Positions 1 through 8,347 of a DNA stretch of 56,428 nt are shown in pieces (positions within the stretch are counted from its first letter, which is position 1; every line of letters starts with the position of its first letter). This DNA is from an uncultured bacterium. Its GTDB lineage: Bacteria; Patescibacteriota; Patescibacteriia; UBA1558; GWA2-36-10. The translations under genes were made by a program, and so were the position numbers. The stretch is from NCBI GenBank assembly GCA_903876815.1, contig CAIRBL010000080.1, positions 1 through 56,428 of the forward strand, read 5' to 3'. A model generated the notes under the pieces. That model was given only the letters and a program-made list of their open reading frames with translations. It searched no databases and was not told the origin of the DNA.

Positions 1-203
1 GGAATAAGATGAAAAATATTTTCTTGACCATTGACAGAAATTGTATGTCCAGCATTCGCGCCACCAGTACCACGAATAATCACGTCTGCCCAAGAGCTCA
101 ATAGGTCTACTAATTTACCTTTGCCGGTATCTCCCCACTGATTACAGATAACTGCTACAATTTTTTTATCACTTAAAAAATCTTGTAAAATTTTTTGGTC
201 CAT
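1..203 (-). CDS. purA: adenylosuccinate synthetase, N-terminal fragment (gene continues past the left edge)
   Basis: Hand translation from ATG at 203: [60 protein letters not shown]. The QWGDxGKGK P-loop and GGxNAGHT are PurA N-terminal signatures. Absent from the ORF track because it is truncated. Confidence 0.85.
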   Translation of the reverse strand, partial: MDQKILQDFLSDKKIVAVICNQWGDTGKGKLVDLLSSWADVIIRGTGGANAGHTISVNGQENIFHLI

Positions 204-210
204 AAATTTG

Positions 211-239
211 AAAAAATAAAAAATCACTACTAATAGTGA
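211..239 (-). terminator. weak hairpin plus U-run just upstream of the purA start (possible attenuator or expression platform)
   Basis: Minus strand reads TCACTA-TTAG-TAGTGA then TTTTTTATTTTTT, ending 8 nt before the purA ATG. The stem is only 6 bp and mostly A:T. Confidence 0.3.
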
Positions 240-262
240 ATGCTTGTATGAGCCTCCACTAT

Positions 263-340
263 AATCGTTTTGCCAAAAATTCCAGTGAGAGCACTGATTT
301 TTGTGACAAAACCAATCCACTATGAATCGGCAAAACGATT
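263..340 (-). other. unassigned structured RNA element in the ~320-nt ndk-purA spacer / purA leader
   Basis: Perfect 12-bp stem AATCGTTTTGCC (263..274) / GGCAAAACGATT (329..340) encloses short hairpins (e.g. CAGTG-CTCT-CACTG). No credible ORF. Strand assigned only because purA lies downstream on minus. Confidence 0.3.
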
Positions 341-517
341 GTTGCAGACGGCTAATATTGACGCTCATCTTTGACAATTCCAACCCCTGAAAAATCAGGT
401 GGGTTTCCGCAATTTAAGACCACGACCCTAAATAATTTGAGAATCCCAATAGGCTAGATTGTAGAGTTTTTTATTGCCAAATAGAGCGCAAATTAAATAT
501 AGCACAAAATATTTTGC

Positions 518-554
518 TATGCAAAATCCCCCAAGCCAAATGGCTTGGGGGATT
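518..554 (-). terminator. rho-independent terminator of ndk
   Basis: 13-bp GC-rich stem AATCCCCCAAGCC (525..537) / GGCTTGGGGGATT (542..554) with a 4-nt loop. A U-run follows on minus. It starts a few nt after the ndk stop. Confidence 0.8.
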
Positions 555-559
555 TGAAT

Positions 560-1069
560 TTATTTTTCTACTAAAGTGTGCTTGGTATAACTTGGCTTAT
601 AATCTTGTAGCTCATAATCATTAAACCACACTGCTACTTCTATCTCCGCTTCTTCTGGATTTGATGAGGCGTGAATAAGATTGAAGACACCTACTTTATT
701 TTCATCTGCATATTTGAAAGACAAATGTGCATAATCACCACGAATAGTGCCAGGTGCGGCAGATTTTGGCTCAGTTTCCCCTACCATTTTTCTCACTACT
801 GCTACCGCCTCTACACCCTCGATAGCCAAAGCAACTATTGGGCCAGAAGTAATCATCTCAATCATCATATCTCTGACATGCTGTCCGCGACGTTGAGCCA
901 AATCCTCAGTATAATGACGCATAGCAGTATCTTTATCTGACCAAACTAATTTTAAACCGGCTAATTTGAGACCTGTGCGCTCAAAGCGTGTGATAATTTC
1001 ACCAACTAAACCCCTATCCACAGCATCTGGTTTTAATAAAACTAAACTTCTTTCAAATTTTCTTTCCAT
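560..1069 (-). CDS. ndk: nucleoside diphosphate kinase
   Basis: ERSLVLLKPDAVDRGLVGEIITRFERTGLKL and the NLIHASS catalytic-His region. ATG at 1069 preferred over the TTG at 1078 used by the ORF track. Confidence 0.9.
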   Translation of the reverse strand: MERKFERSLVLLKPDAVDRGLVGEIITRFERTGLKLAGLKLVWSDKDTAMRHYTEDLAQRRGQHVRDMMIEMITSGPIVALAIEGVEAVAVVRKMVGETEPKSAAPGTIRGDYAHLSFKYADENKVGVFNLIHASSNPEEAEIEVAVWFNDYELQDYKPSYTKHTLVEK

Positions 1070-1141
1070 AAAAATCAAAATTAAGTATCTTTAAAGCAAG
1101 TTTTTGAAGCTTGCTTTATTTTATAAAAATGTAAAATTTAA

Positions 1142-1531
1142 TTATTTACCTAATTTAGCTAGCTCACGCTTAGCTGCTTCTACCACTTCAGCTGGAGTAA
1201 CATTAGCTTTGACCAAATAGCCAACAACGCCTAATTCTTTACCTTTTTGCACATCTTCATCTTGACCAAGATTTGTCAACAAAATGACAGGTAAATCTTT
1301 GATATTAGCATCTTCTCTAATAGATTTCAGTACCGAAAAACCATCCATTTTAGGCATAATCACATCTAAAAGTACTAAGTCTGGTTTGATAGTTTTGGCA
1401 AGCTCCAAGCCACTAGCGCCATCCAAAGCTTTGGTAATATCAAAACCTTCATTTTGAAACTTCACCTCATACATATTGGCTAACATTTCCTCGTCTTCTA
1501 TCAAAAGAATTTTTGCTCTTGTTTCTGGCAT
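1142..1531 (-). CDS. stand-alone response-regulator receiver domain (CheY-like)
   Basis: ILLIEDEE, DLVLLDVIMPKMDG, PVILLTNLG and GYLVKA give the acidic pocket, phospho-Asp, Thr and Lys positions. No output domain. ATG at 1531 (track start 1543 is TTG). Confidence 0.85.
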   Translation of the reverse strand: MPETRAKILLIEDEEMLANMYEVKFQNEGFDITKALDGASGLELAKTIKPDLVLLDVIMPKMDGFSVLKSIREDANIKDLPVILLTNLGQDEDVQKGKELGVVGYLVKANVTPAEVVEAAKRELAKLGK

Positions 1532-1599
1532 ATTTTTATTCAAATTATCCTAAATTAATGTTTTTATTATAAGGCAAAGCTTCGGAAAAAGCAAGAAAA

Positions 1600-2424
1600 T
1601 CAATCAAGTTGCCAAAAAAGTCCATCTGATTCTACTTTGATATTTCCTAAGCTGTCGTTACGTAAAATTTGACAGCCAATTGCTTCTAAGCGCTCTAAAG
1701 TTTCCTGATGCGGGTGTCCGAAGCTATTATCTGTTTCCGACTGAATTACGCATAGCTGGGGGCTCACAGCCTGCAAAAAATCTAAAGCCGAAGAGTATTT
1801 GCTGCCATGATGGGCTACTTTCAAAATATCAGCTGATAAATCTACTTTGGCTTTTAATAAATCTTTTTCTTTGTCACTTGTTAAGTCACCGGTTAGTAAC
1901 AATTTAATTTCGCCAATAGTAAATTTAATCAACAAAGAATTGTCATTAAAATCCTCATGTTGGCTATCAGCGGCTAATATTTGCCAAAAAATATTAGGAG
2001 CTAAATAAAATTGATCGCCAGCATGTACTACTTTGGGCTCCAATTGATGCTGGCCTACGGCTTGCTGCCAAACAGAAAATAAAAATTCTTCTTCAGGCCT
2101 GTGAGCGCCAACTAAAATATTTTTTACTTGGTAACGATTCAGAAGCTCAATAAAACCCATATAATGATCATCGTGAAAATGAGAAATAATCAAATAGTCT
2201 ATTTTTTTATCCCACCAAGGCAAAACTTCTCCCAAACGATAAAGCAATAAATTATCCGGACCACCATCTACTAAAATATTTTGACCATTTACTCTAAGTA
2301 AAATTGCATCACCTTGACCAATGTCTAAAAAATAAATCTCAGCTAAATTTTCTTTCTGTAGTTGCCAAGTAGTAGCTGCAGCTAAAAATAAAAAAGCCAA
2401 GGCTAATTTAAAAATTTTTTTCAT
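1600..2424 (-). CDS. ComEC-type metallo-beta-lactamase domain protein (separate ORF with signal-peptide-like N-terminus)
   Basis: YFLDIGQGDAILL, HFHDDH (HxHxDH), LLTGD and VAHHGS motifs of the ComEC C-terminal MBL domain. Overlaps the upstream comEC ORF by 17 nt at an A7 run. Confidence 0.8.
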   Translation of the reverse strand: MKKIFKLALAFLFLAAATTWQLQKENLAEIYFLDIGQGDAILLRVNGQNILVDGGPDNLLLYRLGEVLPWWDKKIDYLIISHFHDDHYMGFIELLNRYQVKNILVGAHRPEEEFLFSVWQQAVGQHQLEPKVVHAGDQFYLAPNIFWQILAADSQHEDFNDNSLLIKFTIGEIKLLLTGDLTSDKEKDLLKAKVDLSADILKVAHHGSKYSSALDFLQAVSPQLCVIQSETDNSFGHPHQETLERLEAIGCQILRNDSLGNIKVESDGLFWQLD

Positions 2425-3727
2425 AAGGCTTAATAATAAAAGTAAAAATCAACATCATTATTAAACTCAACGCTAAAGCAAAAATACTAAAACTTTTGAG
2501 CTCAATATAAGCAAAAGGAATTTGCGCTAAAAATTTTGCTATTTGAGAAATAGCTCTTAAGCCTAAAAATAAAGGCCAAGCTAATAAATCGGCTAGTACT
2601 GGCCAAGCGCCAAATAAAACCAATAAAAATCCAAAAATTAAAGTACCAGTGGCAAAAGGCAAAATAGCTAAATTAGCTACAGGAGAAATAAAAGAAAAGA
2701 TATGAAAATAATACAAAACCAAGGGCCAAGTAAAAGTTTGGGCAGCTAAAGTCACAGCGCACATTTCTCTAAATTTTAAAGTATTAGGCAAAAAAAATAA
2801 TTTTGTTTCCCAGAACTTGCCGTACCACAATAAACCTAAAACTGATAAAAATGACAGCTGAAATCCAATATCATAAATCAAGGCTAGTGGCTTAAAAATC
2901 AATAAAAGCAAAGCTGCTAATAACAAACTATTTATAGAAGTGACTACGCGACCAAAAAATGGCCCCAGCATCACAAATAAAACCATCAAAGCTGAACGTA
3001 AAGCTGGAGCTGGACAACCTAGTAAAAATAAATAAGCTGATAAAATCAAACAAATCGCAAAAAAAATTTGCTGTCGAGATAAATATAAATTACTTAAAAT
3101 AGTTTGCAAAACTACGGCAAAAATTGCGATGTGTAAGCCAGAAATAGAAATCACATGAATAATGCCAGTTTGCGAAAAACTGATTTGAAAATCATTTGTC
3201 AGCTCTCGCCTTTCATCCAAAATCATTGCTTTGGCAAAAGCTGATTCTGGCTCTACTAAGTTATTATTTAAATTACGCCAAAAATATTTTTTTGCAGCAA
3301 AAAAATCAGCCTGCCAACTAGGCCGATATTCTAACCAAGTGATACGACTACGATACATAAGGCCAAAGATATTTTCTTTAGCTAAATACAAATCATAAAA
3401 AAATTTGCGACCATCTACTTGCTCAATAACCTCTGGCTGATAAATAGTACCGGCAATTTGTAAAACATCACCATAGCGATACTCTGGATATAATGGTGTA
3501 TTGACTATCAAAAAACCAAAAAAATTTTCTAAATTTTCTGGCTTAACAGTGAGCCTCCAGCCATCCAGTTTTTTTTCTGCATCTATAACTTGCCCTTGAA
3601 AGTTATAAAACTTATCAAAAACAAAATTATTTGGTTTGATAAAAATTTGTGGATAATATAAATCTAAACAAAAAATTATCAATAAAAAAAGAAGGCTGAC
3701 AACCAAAAATATTTTACTTTTGCCCAT
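2408..3727 (-). CDS. comEC: ComEC/Rec2 DNA-uptake channel (DUF4131 plus competence domain)
   Basis: Polytopic membrane protein with an OB-like N-terminal part and the ISISGLHIAI competence motif. ATG at 3727 (track start 3736 is GTG). Confidence 0.85.
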   Translation of the reverse strand: MGKSKIFLVVSLLFLLIIFCLDLYYPQIFIKPNNFVFDKFYNFQGQVIDAEKKLDGWRLTVKPENLENFFGFLIVNTPLYPEYRYGDVLQIAGTIYQPEVIEQVDGRKFFYDLYLAKENIFGLMYRSRITWLEYRPSWQADFFAAKKYFWRNLNNNLVEPESAFAKAMILDERRELTNDFQISFSQTGIIHVISISGLHIAIFAVVLQTILSNLYLSRQQIFFAICLILSAYLFLLGCPAPALRSALMVLFVMLGPFFGRVVTSINSLLLAALLLLIFKPLALIYDIGFQLSFLSVLGLLWYGKFWETKLFFLPNTLKFREMCAVTLAAQTFTWPLVLYYFHIFSFISPVANLAILPFATGTLIFGFLLVLFGAWPVLADLLAWPLFLGLRAISQIAKFLAQIPFAYIELKSFSIFALALSLIMMLIFTFIIKPYEKNF

Positions 3728-3785
3728 CAAAATCACTTTAATACTTCATCTTTATTTAAGAAGAAAAACTAAAAAAAGTCAAATG

Positions 3786-3826
3786 AAAAACCGTAAGAGC
3801 TACCCATGGTAACTATTACGGTTTTT
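3786..3826 (-). terminator. terminator of the GC-rich small ORF
   Basis: Minus strand reads CCGTAATAGTTACC-AT-GGGTAGCTCTTACGG (one mismatch, one G:U) followed by TTTTT. The TAA stop of the ORF lies in the 5' arm. Confidence 0.7.
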
Positions 3827-4045
3827 GCGATGCATCATGTCTTGCCTCCTGTACTGATTTTTGAGATCTTAGATTGTCATTGATGGACTCCAGAAAAAAA
3901 CCAATGAAAATCAACATCTCGTTGGTACCCAAGTGAGCTCGCTCAGCTTCTGCGTAAAGGCCTTTGGCCAATTTATGCAAAAAGCTTGACGAGCTTCAGC
4001 ATCTTTGATGGTCTGAAGATGCTCCAGGTGTTCACGAATCGACAT
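3816..4045 (-). pseudogene. GC-rich small ORF (~76 aa if repaired), broken by a 1-nt frameshift at a T5 run (A5 on plus, 3979..3983)
   Basis: GAAAGGAG sits 6 nt before the ATG at 4045. Frame 1 gives MSIREHLEHLQTIKDAEARQAF.. and stops at TGA 3913..3911. A second frame continues LHKLAKGLYAEAERAHLGTNEMLIFIGFFLESINDNLRSQKSVQEARHDASQKP to TAA at 3818..3816. Hand count 29/60 G+C in 3901..3960. Confidence 0.55.
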
Positions 4046-4067
4046 GACAAGCTCCTTTCTGCAAAGA

Positions 4068-4095
4068 TCAAAAAACCTTCTTTATCTAGAAGGTT
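4068..4095 (-). terminator. terminator of the 489-aa gene
   Basis: 8-bp stem AACCTTCT (4074..4081) / AGAAGGTT (4088..4095). TTTTTT follows on minus. Confidence 0.65.
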
Positions 4096-4127
4096 AAGTC
4101 ATTTATATTAAAGTGTCAAACACAAAA

Positions 4128-5597
4128 TTACTCCAAAATAGCTGGCGTCAATGGTAAGCCTGGTAATAAATAAGAATTGTATAACTGATCATCTACTGAC
4201 CACAAAAAATTGTTCTGCACATTTTCCGGCTGAATATTGATATTATCTGTTAAAAAATTAGCAGTCAAACGAGAGTCTGGTCCAGTTTTAGTTGTTTTAG
4301 CGATTAACTGTACATTTAACTCATCGGTCACAAGCAAAGAAGTTCCTCCCCAAAAAGTGAAAATAATCTGATCATTAACTACTTTGGAACTAGCCAAAAA
4401 CTTATCCTGAGACCAAAGTTCAAAATTTTCTACTTGAATATCTTGAGCCTTAATTTCCCAAGCTAACTTATGCAATTTAATATCTTGCTCACCTAAATTA
4501 GTAAATTTAAGGTCTGCTAGGGTATTCCAAGAATCAGTGAGTACATGACGTTGTGCTTGACTTTGAATAGACAAAACACTTGGCAAAACATTTAAGCGAG
4601 ACAAAGTGATATCTTCAGTCAAGCTGATCTGTTCCCCAGAAATAAAGCCTTTGCCACTAATAAAATTCAGAGTTACAGCATACTCACCAGTCTCCAATGT
4701 AGCCCAAAGTTCTAGAGCTAAATCTTCATTCGCCTTAATCAAAACTCCAGCTGGTAAATCAAAATCTAATTCTGAAGTCCCTGTTATACGAGATAACACT
4801 TGTCCCTTGGATGCTAAATAAAAATCTACCGGTTTTTCATTTTGAGAAAAAATAAAATTTATTTTCTGTAAATCTACCGTTTCACCTTGAGATGATAAAC
4901 TCAAATCAGCTATTTTAGTAGAAACTCCCGATGAAACAACAAAATTGTTTTTTAATAAATTGTTATAAGGTAAAATTTGTGCTTTTTCAACAATCAAAAC
5001 ATCCGTGCTACTCACAGGAAAAGTTCCGAGTGGCAAAACTTTTTTGCCTTGATAAGATAAATCTAAACTATCTATATCCTGAAAAAATATTTTAGTTTTT
5101 TGTCCTAATAAGTCATCTTCTAAAGCGTCAGCCTTTAAATGAAAATAATTTTTACCAGCTGATAAGGGATAGTCATCTAGCGTAAAAATTAGCTGTTTAT
5201 TGATAACTTGAACACTAGCATTGATTTGCGCTTGATTTTGATACAAAACCAACTTGGATAAAAAATCTTCATCCATCGTACCTTCGCTGCTAAAAACTAG
5301 TCTATTGAGACTAATATTTTCATAAGGACTATCAAGCACAAAATCAAACATAGCCACACTTGGACTACGTAAAACAAATTGTGAATTTCCCAGCTCATTA
5401 GCTGTAAAAACCTTGACTCTATCAAATTGAGAAATATCTTGACTTTGAGCCGATGATTTTGGTCCTTGATTTACACCGAGCCAAGCAGAAGTAAAAACAA
5501 AAAGAGACAATAATAAAAGACTAGCGTATAACTTGACACGCTGTGGTTTCTGAGAAATGAAATCTTTGTGTTGTGGTGAAACTAAATGCTCAAACAT
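4128..5597 (-). CDS. hypothetical membrane-anchored, beta-rich repeat protein
   Basis: N-terminal TM helix (LYASLLLLSLFVFTSAWLGV) followed by three or four similar ~100-aa modules. No recognisable catalytic motif. ATG at 5597 (track start 5615 is TTG). Confidence 0.6.
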   Translation of the reverse strand: MFEHLVSPQHKDFISQKPQRVKLYASLLLLSLFVFTSAWLGVNQGPKSSAQSQDISQFDRVKVFTANELGNSQFVLRSPSVAMFDFVLDSPYENISLNRLVFSSEGTMDEDFLSKLVLYQNQAQINASVQVINKQLIFTLDDYPLSAGKNYFHLKADALEDDLLGQKTKIFFQDIDSLDLSYQGKKVLPLGTFPVSSTDVLIVEKAQILPYNNLLKNNFVVSSGVSTKIADLSLSSQGETVDLQKINFIFSQNEKPVDFYLASKGQVLSRITGTSELDFDLPAGVLIKANEDLALELWATLETGEYAVTLNFISGKGFISGEQISLTEDITLSRLNVLPSVLSIQSQAQRHVLTDSWNTLADLKFTNLGEQDIKLHKLAWEIKAQDIQVENFELWSQDKFLASSKVVNDQIIFTFWGGTSLLVTDELNVQLIAKTTKTGPDSRLTANFLTDNINIQPENVQNNFLWSVDDQLYNSYLLPGLPLTPAILE

Positions 5598-5603
5598 GTT
5601 TAT

Positions 5604-5612
5604 ATTATACCA
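5604..5612 (-). promoter_or_regulatory. extended -10 element (TGgTATAAT) 6 nt upstream of the 5597 ATG; possible leaderless transcript
   Basis: Minus strand reads TTGTGGTATAATATAAACATG. The -35 is weak (TTTTCT). Confidence 0.35.
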
Positions 5613-5633
5613 CAATTTTTTCTAAGAGAAAAA

Positions 5634-6716
5634 TTATTTGACCAATTGCTCCAATCTAGCTTTGATAAATGGCATTAAATCGCCATTTAAAACTACTTCC
5701 GTATCACTAGTTTCAAAGTTTGTGCGATGATCTTTGACTAATTTATATGGATGCAACACATAAGAACGAATTTGATTACCCCAAGCAGCTTGTGTGTATT
5801 CCCCTTTTAAAGCTTTTCTTTCTTCTTCTTTTTCTACCTCATAATAACGCTGTAATTTGCTTTGCAAATAAAGCATGGCTTGATTTTTATTTTGCAGTTG
5901 CGATCTTTCATTTTGACATGATGCTACCAACATAGTAGGCAAATGAGTGATGCGCACTGCTGAATCAGTCGTGTTGACCGACTGACCACCATGACCAGAA
6001 GAACGAAAAGTATCAATTTTTAAATCATCTTCTTTGATATCAATACCGACTTCTTGCAATTCCGGCAAAACTTCCACCATTGCAAAAGATGTGTGACGAG
6101 CATGATCAGAGTCATAAGGAGACAGCCTGACTAAACGATGTACGCCTGCCTCAGTTTTGAGATAACCATAAGCATAGACGCCAGCCATACGAAAAGTTAC
6201 ACTTTTTATTCCTGCCTCAGAGCCAAGCGAACGAGACAAAATACTGACTTGCCAATTTTGGCTTTCTGCAAATCTCAAATACATACGCTCCAGCATTTGC
6301 GCCCAGTCTTGCGCGTCATCACCACCCGCACCAGCATTGATAGTCATAATAGCGGGACTTGCATCGTATTTACCTTGCAAAAAAAGTTCTAAAGATAAAT
6401 CTTGGTATTTTTGAGAAATCTCTTTGAAATGCTCAATAATTTCTGCTAACAAGGCCTCCGCTTGTAAATCAGATAATAAATTTGACAAATCAAACACTTG
6501 TTTTTCTAAGTCCCTCCAATGATTGATAATTTTTTCTAAATTACTATGTTGACTAGAAATTTGGCGTGCTAATTCCTGATTTTGCCAAAAATCACTGGCT
6601 GACATTTGTAATTTTAAGTCTTGTAACAAAATTTCTTTACTAGGCAAATCTAAAGCTTGAATAGCCGTCTTAATTTTGCTGTCTAAATTTTTTAATTTAT
6701 CTTTTAGTTCTTCCAC
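5634..6716 (-). CDS. prfB: peptide chain release factor 2, single uninterrupted frame
   Basis: SGHGGQSVNTTDSAVRITH (GGQ) and LVRLSPYDS (SPF-type tripeptide, here SPY). GTG start 4 nt after the htrA stop. No in-frame TGA, so no +1 frameshift site. Confidence 0.9.
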   Translation of the reverse strand: MEELKDKLKNLDSKIKTAIQALDLPSKEILLQDLKLQMSASDFWQNQELARQISSQHSNLEKIINHWRDLEKQVFDLSNLLSDLQAEALLAEIIEHFKEISQKYQDLSLELFLQGKYDASPAIMTINAGAGGDDAQDWAQMLERMYLRFAESQNWQVSILSRSLGSEAGIKSVTFRMAGVYAYGYLKTEAGVHRLVRLSPYDSDHARHTSFAMVEVLPELQEVGIDIKEDDLKIDTFRSSGHGGQSVNTTDSAVRITHLPTMLVASCQNERSQLQNKNQAMLYLQSKLQRYYEVEKEEERKALKGEYTQAAWGNQIRSYVLHPYKLVKDHRTNFETSDTEVVLNGDLMPFIKARLEQLVK

Positions 6717-6720
6717 GTAA

Positions 6721-7902
6721 TTAATCTTTATACTGTTCTAAAGTGACTTTAACTAATTTTTCTTCTCCTTGTGACCAAACTTTTAATTCCAAAATATCTT
6801 GTGGTTTATACTGAGCTACTATTTTGGCTAAATTATTTTCATCATCCAAGACTTGATTATTTATTTCTAAAATAATATCATTTTCTCTTAAATTTGCCTT
6901 ATCAGCTGGCGAGCCAGGAACAATGGCTAATTCTGCTCTATTTTCTCCCCTGACAATCAAAGCGCCATGATCAAGCTCTAGTTGATTACTTTGAGCAATA
7001 CTTTCATTAAGCATCAAATATCTAACACCTAAATAAGGTCTGATAATTTCACCATTTTCTCGCACACTATCTATGACTTGTTTAGCAGAGTTAATAGGGA
7101 TGGCAAAGCCAATCAACTGACCTTCACGAGAAACTGCCGTATTAATACCCACAACTTGGCCGCTTAAGTTTAGCAAAGGGCCACCAGAATTACCAGGATT
7201 AATAGCCGCATCAGTTTGAATAACATCCTCAAGCTGTTCTGAGCTACCAGTGCCACTAGAAGCTACAACGCTACGGCCAATGCCGGAAACTACACCTACA
7301 GTTACTGTGTTGGAAAATTCTGCCAAAGCATTACCAATGGCTACTACATTTTGACCAATCAATAAATCATCAGAATTACCAAGCTCGGCAACTGGCAAAT
7401 CTTTAGCCTCTATTTTTAAAACTCCGATGTCATTTGTCAAATCAGTACCTATGATTTTGGCCTCGTATTCTTTGTTGTCGCTCAAGGTTACAGAGTATTG
7501 CGCAGCAGCATCTGCAATCACATGTTTATTAGTCACAATCAAACCATCAGCAGAAATAATAAAACCCGTGCCTCCGCCAACTTTTTGAATATTTGGCTCG
7601 TTCTTTTTTGGCTGAGTATTATTTGAGCCAAATGGCCAACCAAAACTAAAAAAATCTTGAAAAGGATCAATATAATTTTGACTAATATCTTTTTTGATAT
7701 TAATAGATACAACCGATGGACTCACTTTTTTGACCACCTCAATCACTGCCGACTCTTCAGTAACTTGATTATGAATTTTTTGTCCACTCCCAAAAGAAGT
7801 GTGTGCCCAAGGTAGCTGCGTAGCATAATTTAAAGTCAAAAATGAACCAAAAAAACCACCAAAAATAGTACTAATGATGATAATAGCTAAAGTTTTTCTC
7901 AT
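6721..7902 (-). CDS. htrA: HtrA/DegP-family serine protease with C-terminal PDZ domain
   Basis: GTGFIISADGLIVTNKHV (His), TNDIGVLKI (Asp), NPGNSGGPLLN (Ser) and a PDZ-like tail. N-terminal TM helix. ATG at 7902 (track start 7932 is TTG). Confidence 0.9.
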   Translation of the reverse strand: MRKTLAIIIISTIFGGFFGSFLTLNYATQLPWAHTSFGSGQKIHNQVTEESAVIEVVKKVSPSVVSINIKKDISQNYIDPFQDFFSFGWPFGSNNTQPKKNEPNIQKVGGGTGFIISADGLIVTNKHVIADAAAQYSVTLSDNKEYEAKIIGTDLTNDIGVLKIEAKDLPVAELGNSDDLLIGQNVVAIGNALAEFSNTVTVGVVSGIGRSVVASSGTGSSEQLEDVIQTDAAINPGNSGGPLLNLSGQVVGINTAVSREGQLIGFAIPINSAKQVIDSVRENGEIIRPYLGVRYLMLNESIAQSNQLELDHGALIVRGENRAELAIVPGSPADKANLRENDIILEINNQVLDDENNLAKIVAQYKPQDILELKVWSQGEEKLVKVTLEQYKD

Positions 7903-7944
7903 ATTATTTTCTCTTACTTCTATATAATACAAAAAAAATAAAAA

Positions 7945-8283
7945 TTACTTACAAATTTGATCTATGGTGAGCTGTTGCGTCTGTGGATTACACAAAGCTT
8001 TGCCAATTTCTAAAATAGAAGCTTGGTCAGTAGAGCCAGCTGTGAAATTTTGTTCTACATCAAAACCAGACAATACACCGCTCATCATGTTGCCATACTG
8101 CTTGAGATATGGTGTCAAATAAAACAACCCCAACAATAATGGGCCGACAATTAAAATTAATTTTAAGACTCCAGCTAATTCTTGCCAAAAAATCTTTTTC
8201 TTAATTTTAAGTACTGTATTTTCCACTCGCGCTAAACTGGCTTGATTTTCTAAGATTAATTTTTCTAGTTCTTCTTGCGTCAT
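7945..8283 (-). CDS. hypothetical small membrane protein
   Basis: Coiled-coil-like N-terminus, one TM helix (LKLILIVGPLLLGLFYL) and two Cys near the C-terminus. No recognised motif. Confidence 0.5.
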   Translation of the reverse strand: MTQEELEKLILENQASLARVENTVLKIKKKIFWQELAGVLKLILIVGPLLLGLFYLTPYLKQYGNMMSGVLSGFDVEQNFTAGSTDQASILEIGKALCNPQTQQLTIDQICK

Positions 8284-8311
8284 AATAAAAAGCTTAATAA
8301 TTTATGACTTT

Positions 8312-8320
8312 ATTATAGCA
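8312..8320 (-). promoter_or_regulatory. extended -10 element (TGcTATAAT) upstream of the 112-aa gene
   Basis: Minus strand reads CACTTTTTTGCTATAATAAAG, about 28 nt before the ATG at 8283. Confidence 0.35.
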
Positions 8321-8347
8321 AAAAAGTGAATTTAAGAAAATTTATCC

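Noticed and set aside
204-365. An open frame extends 54 codons upstream of the purA ATG, from an ATG near 365, in frame with purA.
   Set aside because: The extension ([32 protein letters not shown]...) is Cys/Trp-rich and not protein-like. PurA already has a normal-length N-terminus from the ATG at 203. The region folds into strong RNA stems.
204-524. The long spacer was checked for tmRNA, RNase P RNA, SRP RNA, 6S RNA and tRNA.
   Set aside because: I found no GGUUCGAAUCC-type T-arm, no GAGGAAAGUCC / ACAGAA RNase P core, no SRP GGAA-tetraloop domain IV words, and no ..ALAA-type tag ORF. The ZTP-like words are present, but P1 and the GGGC element cannot be formed.
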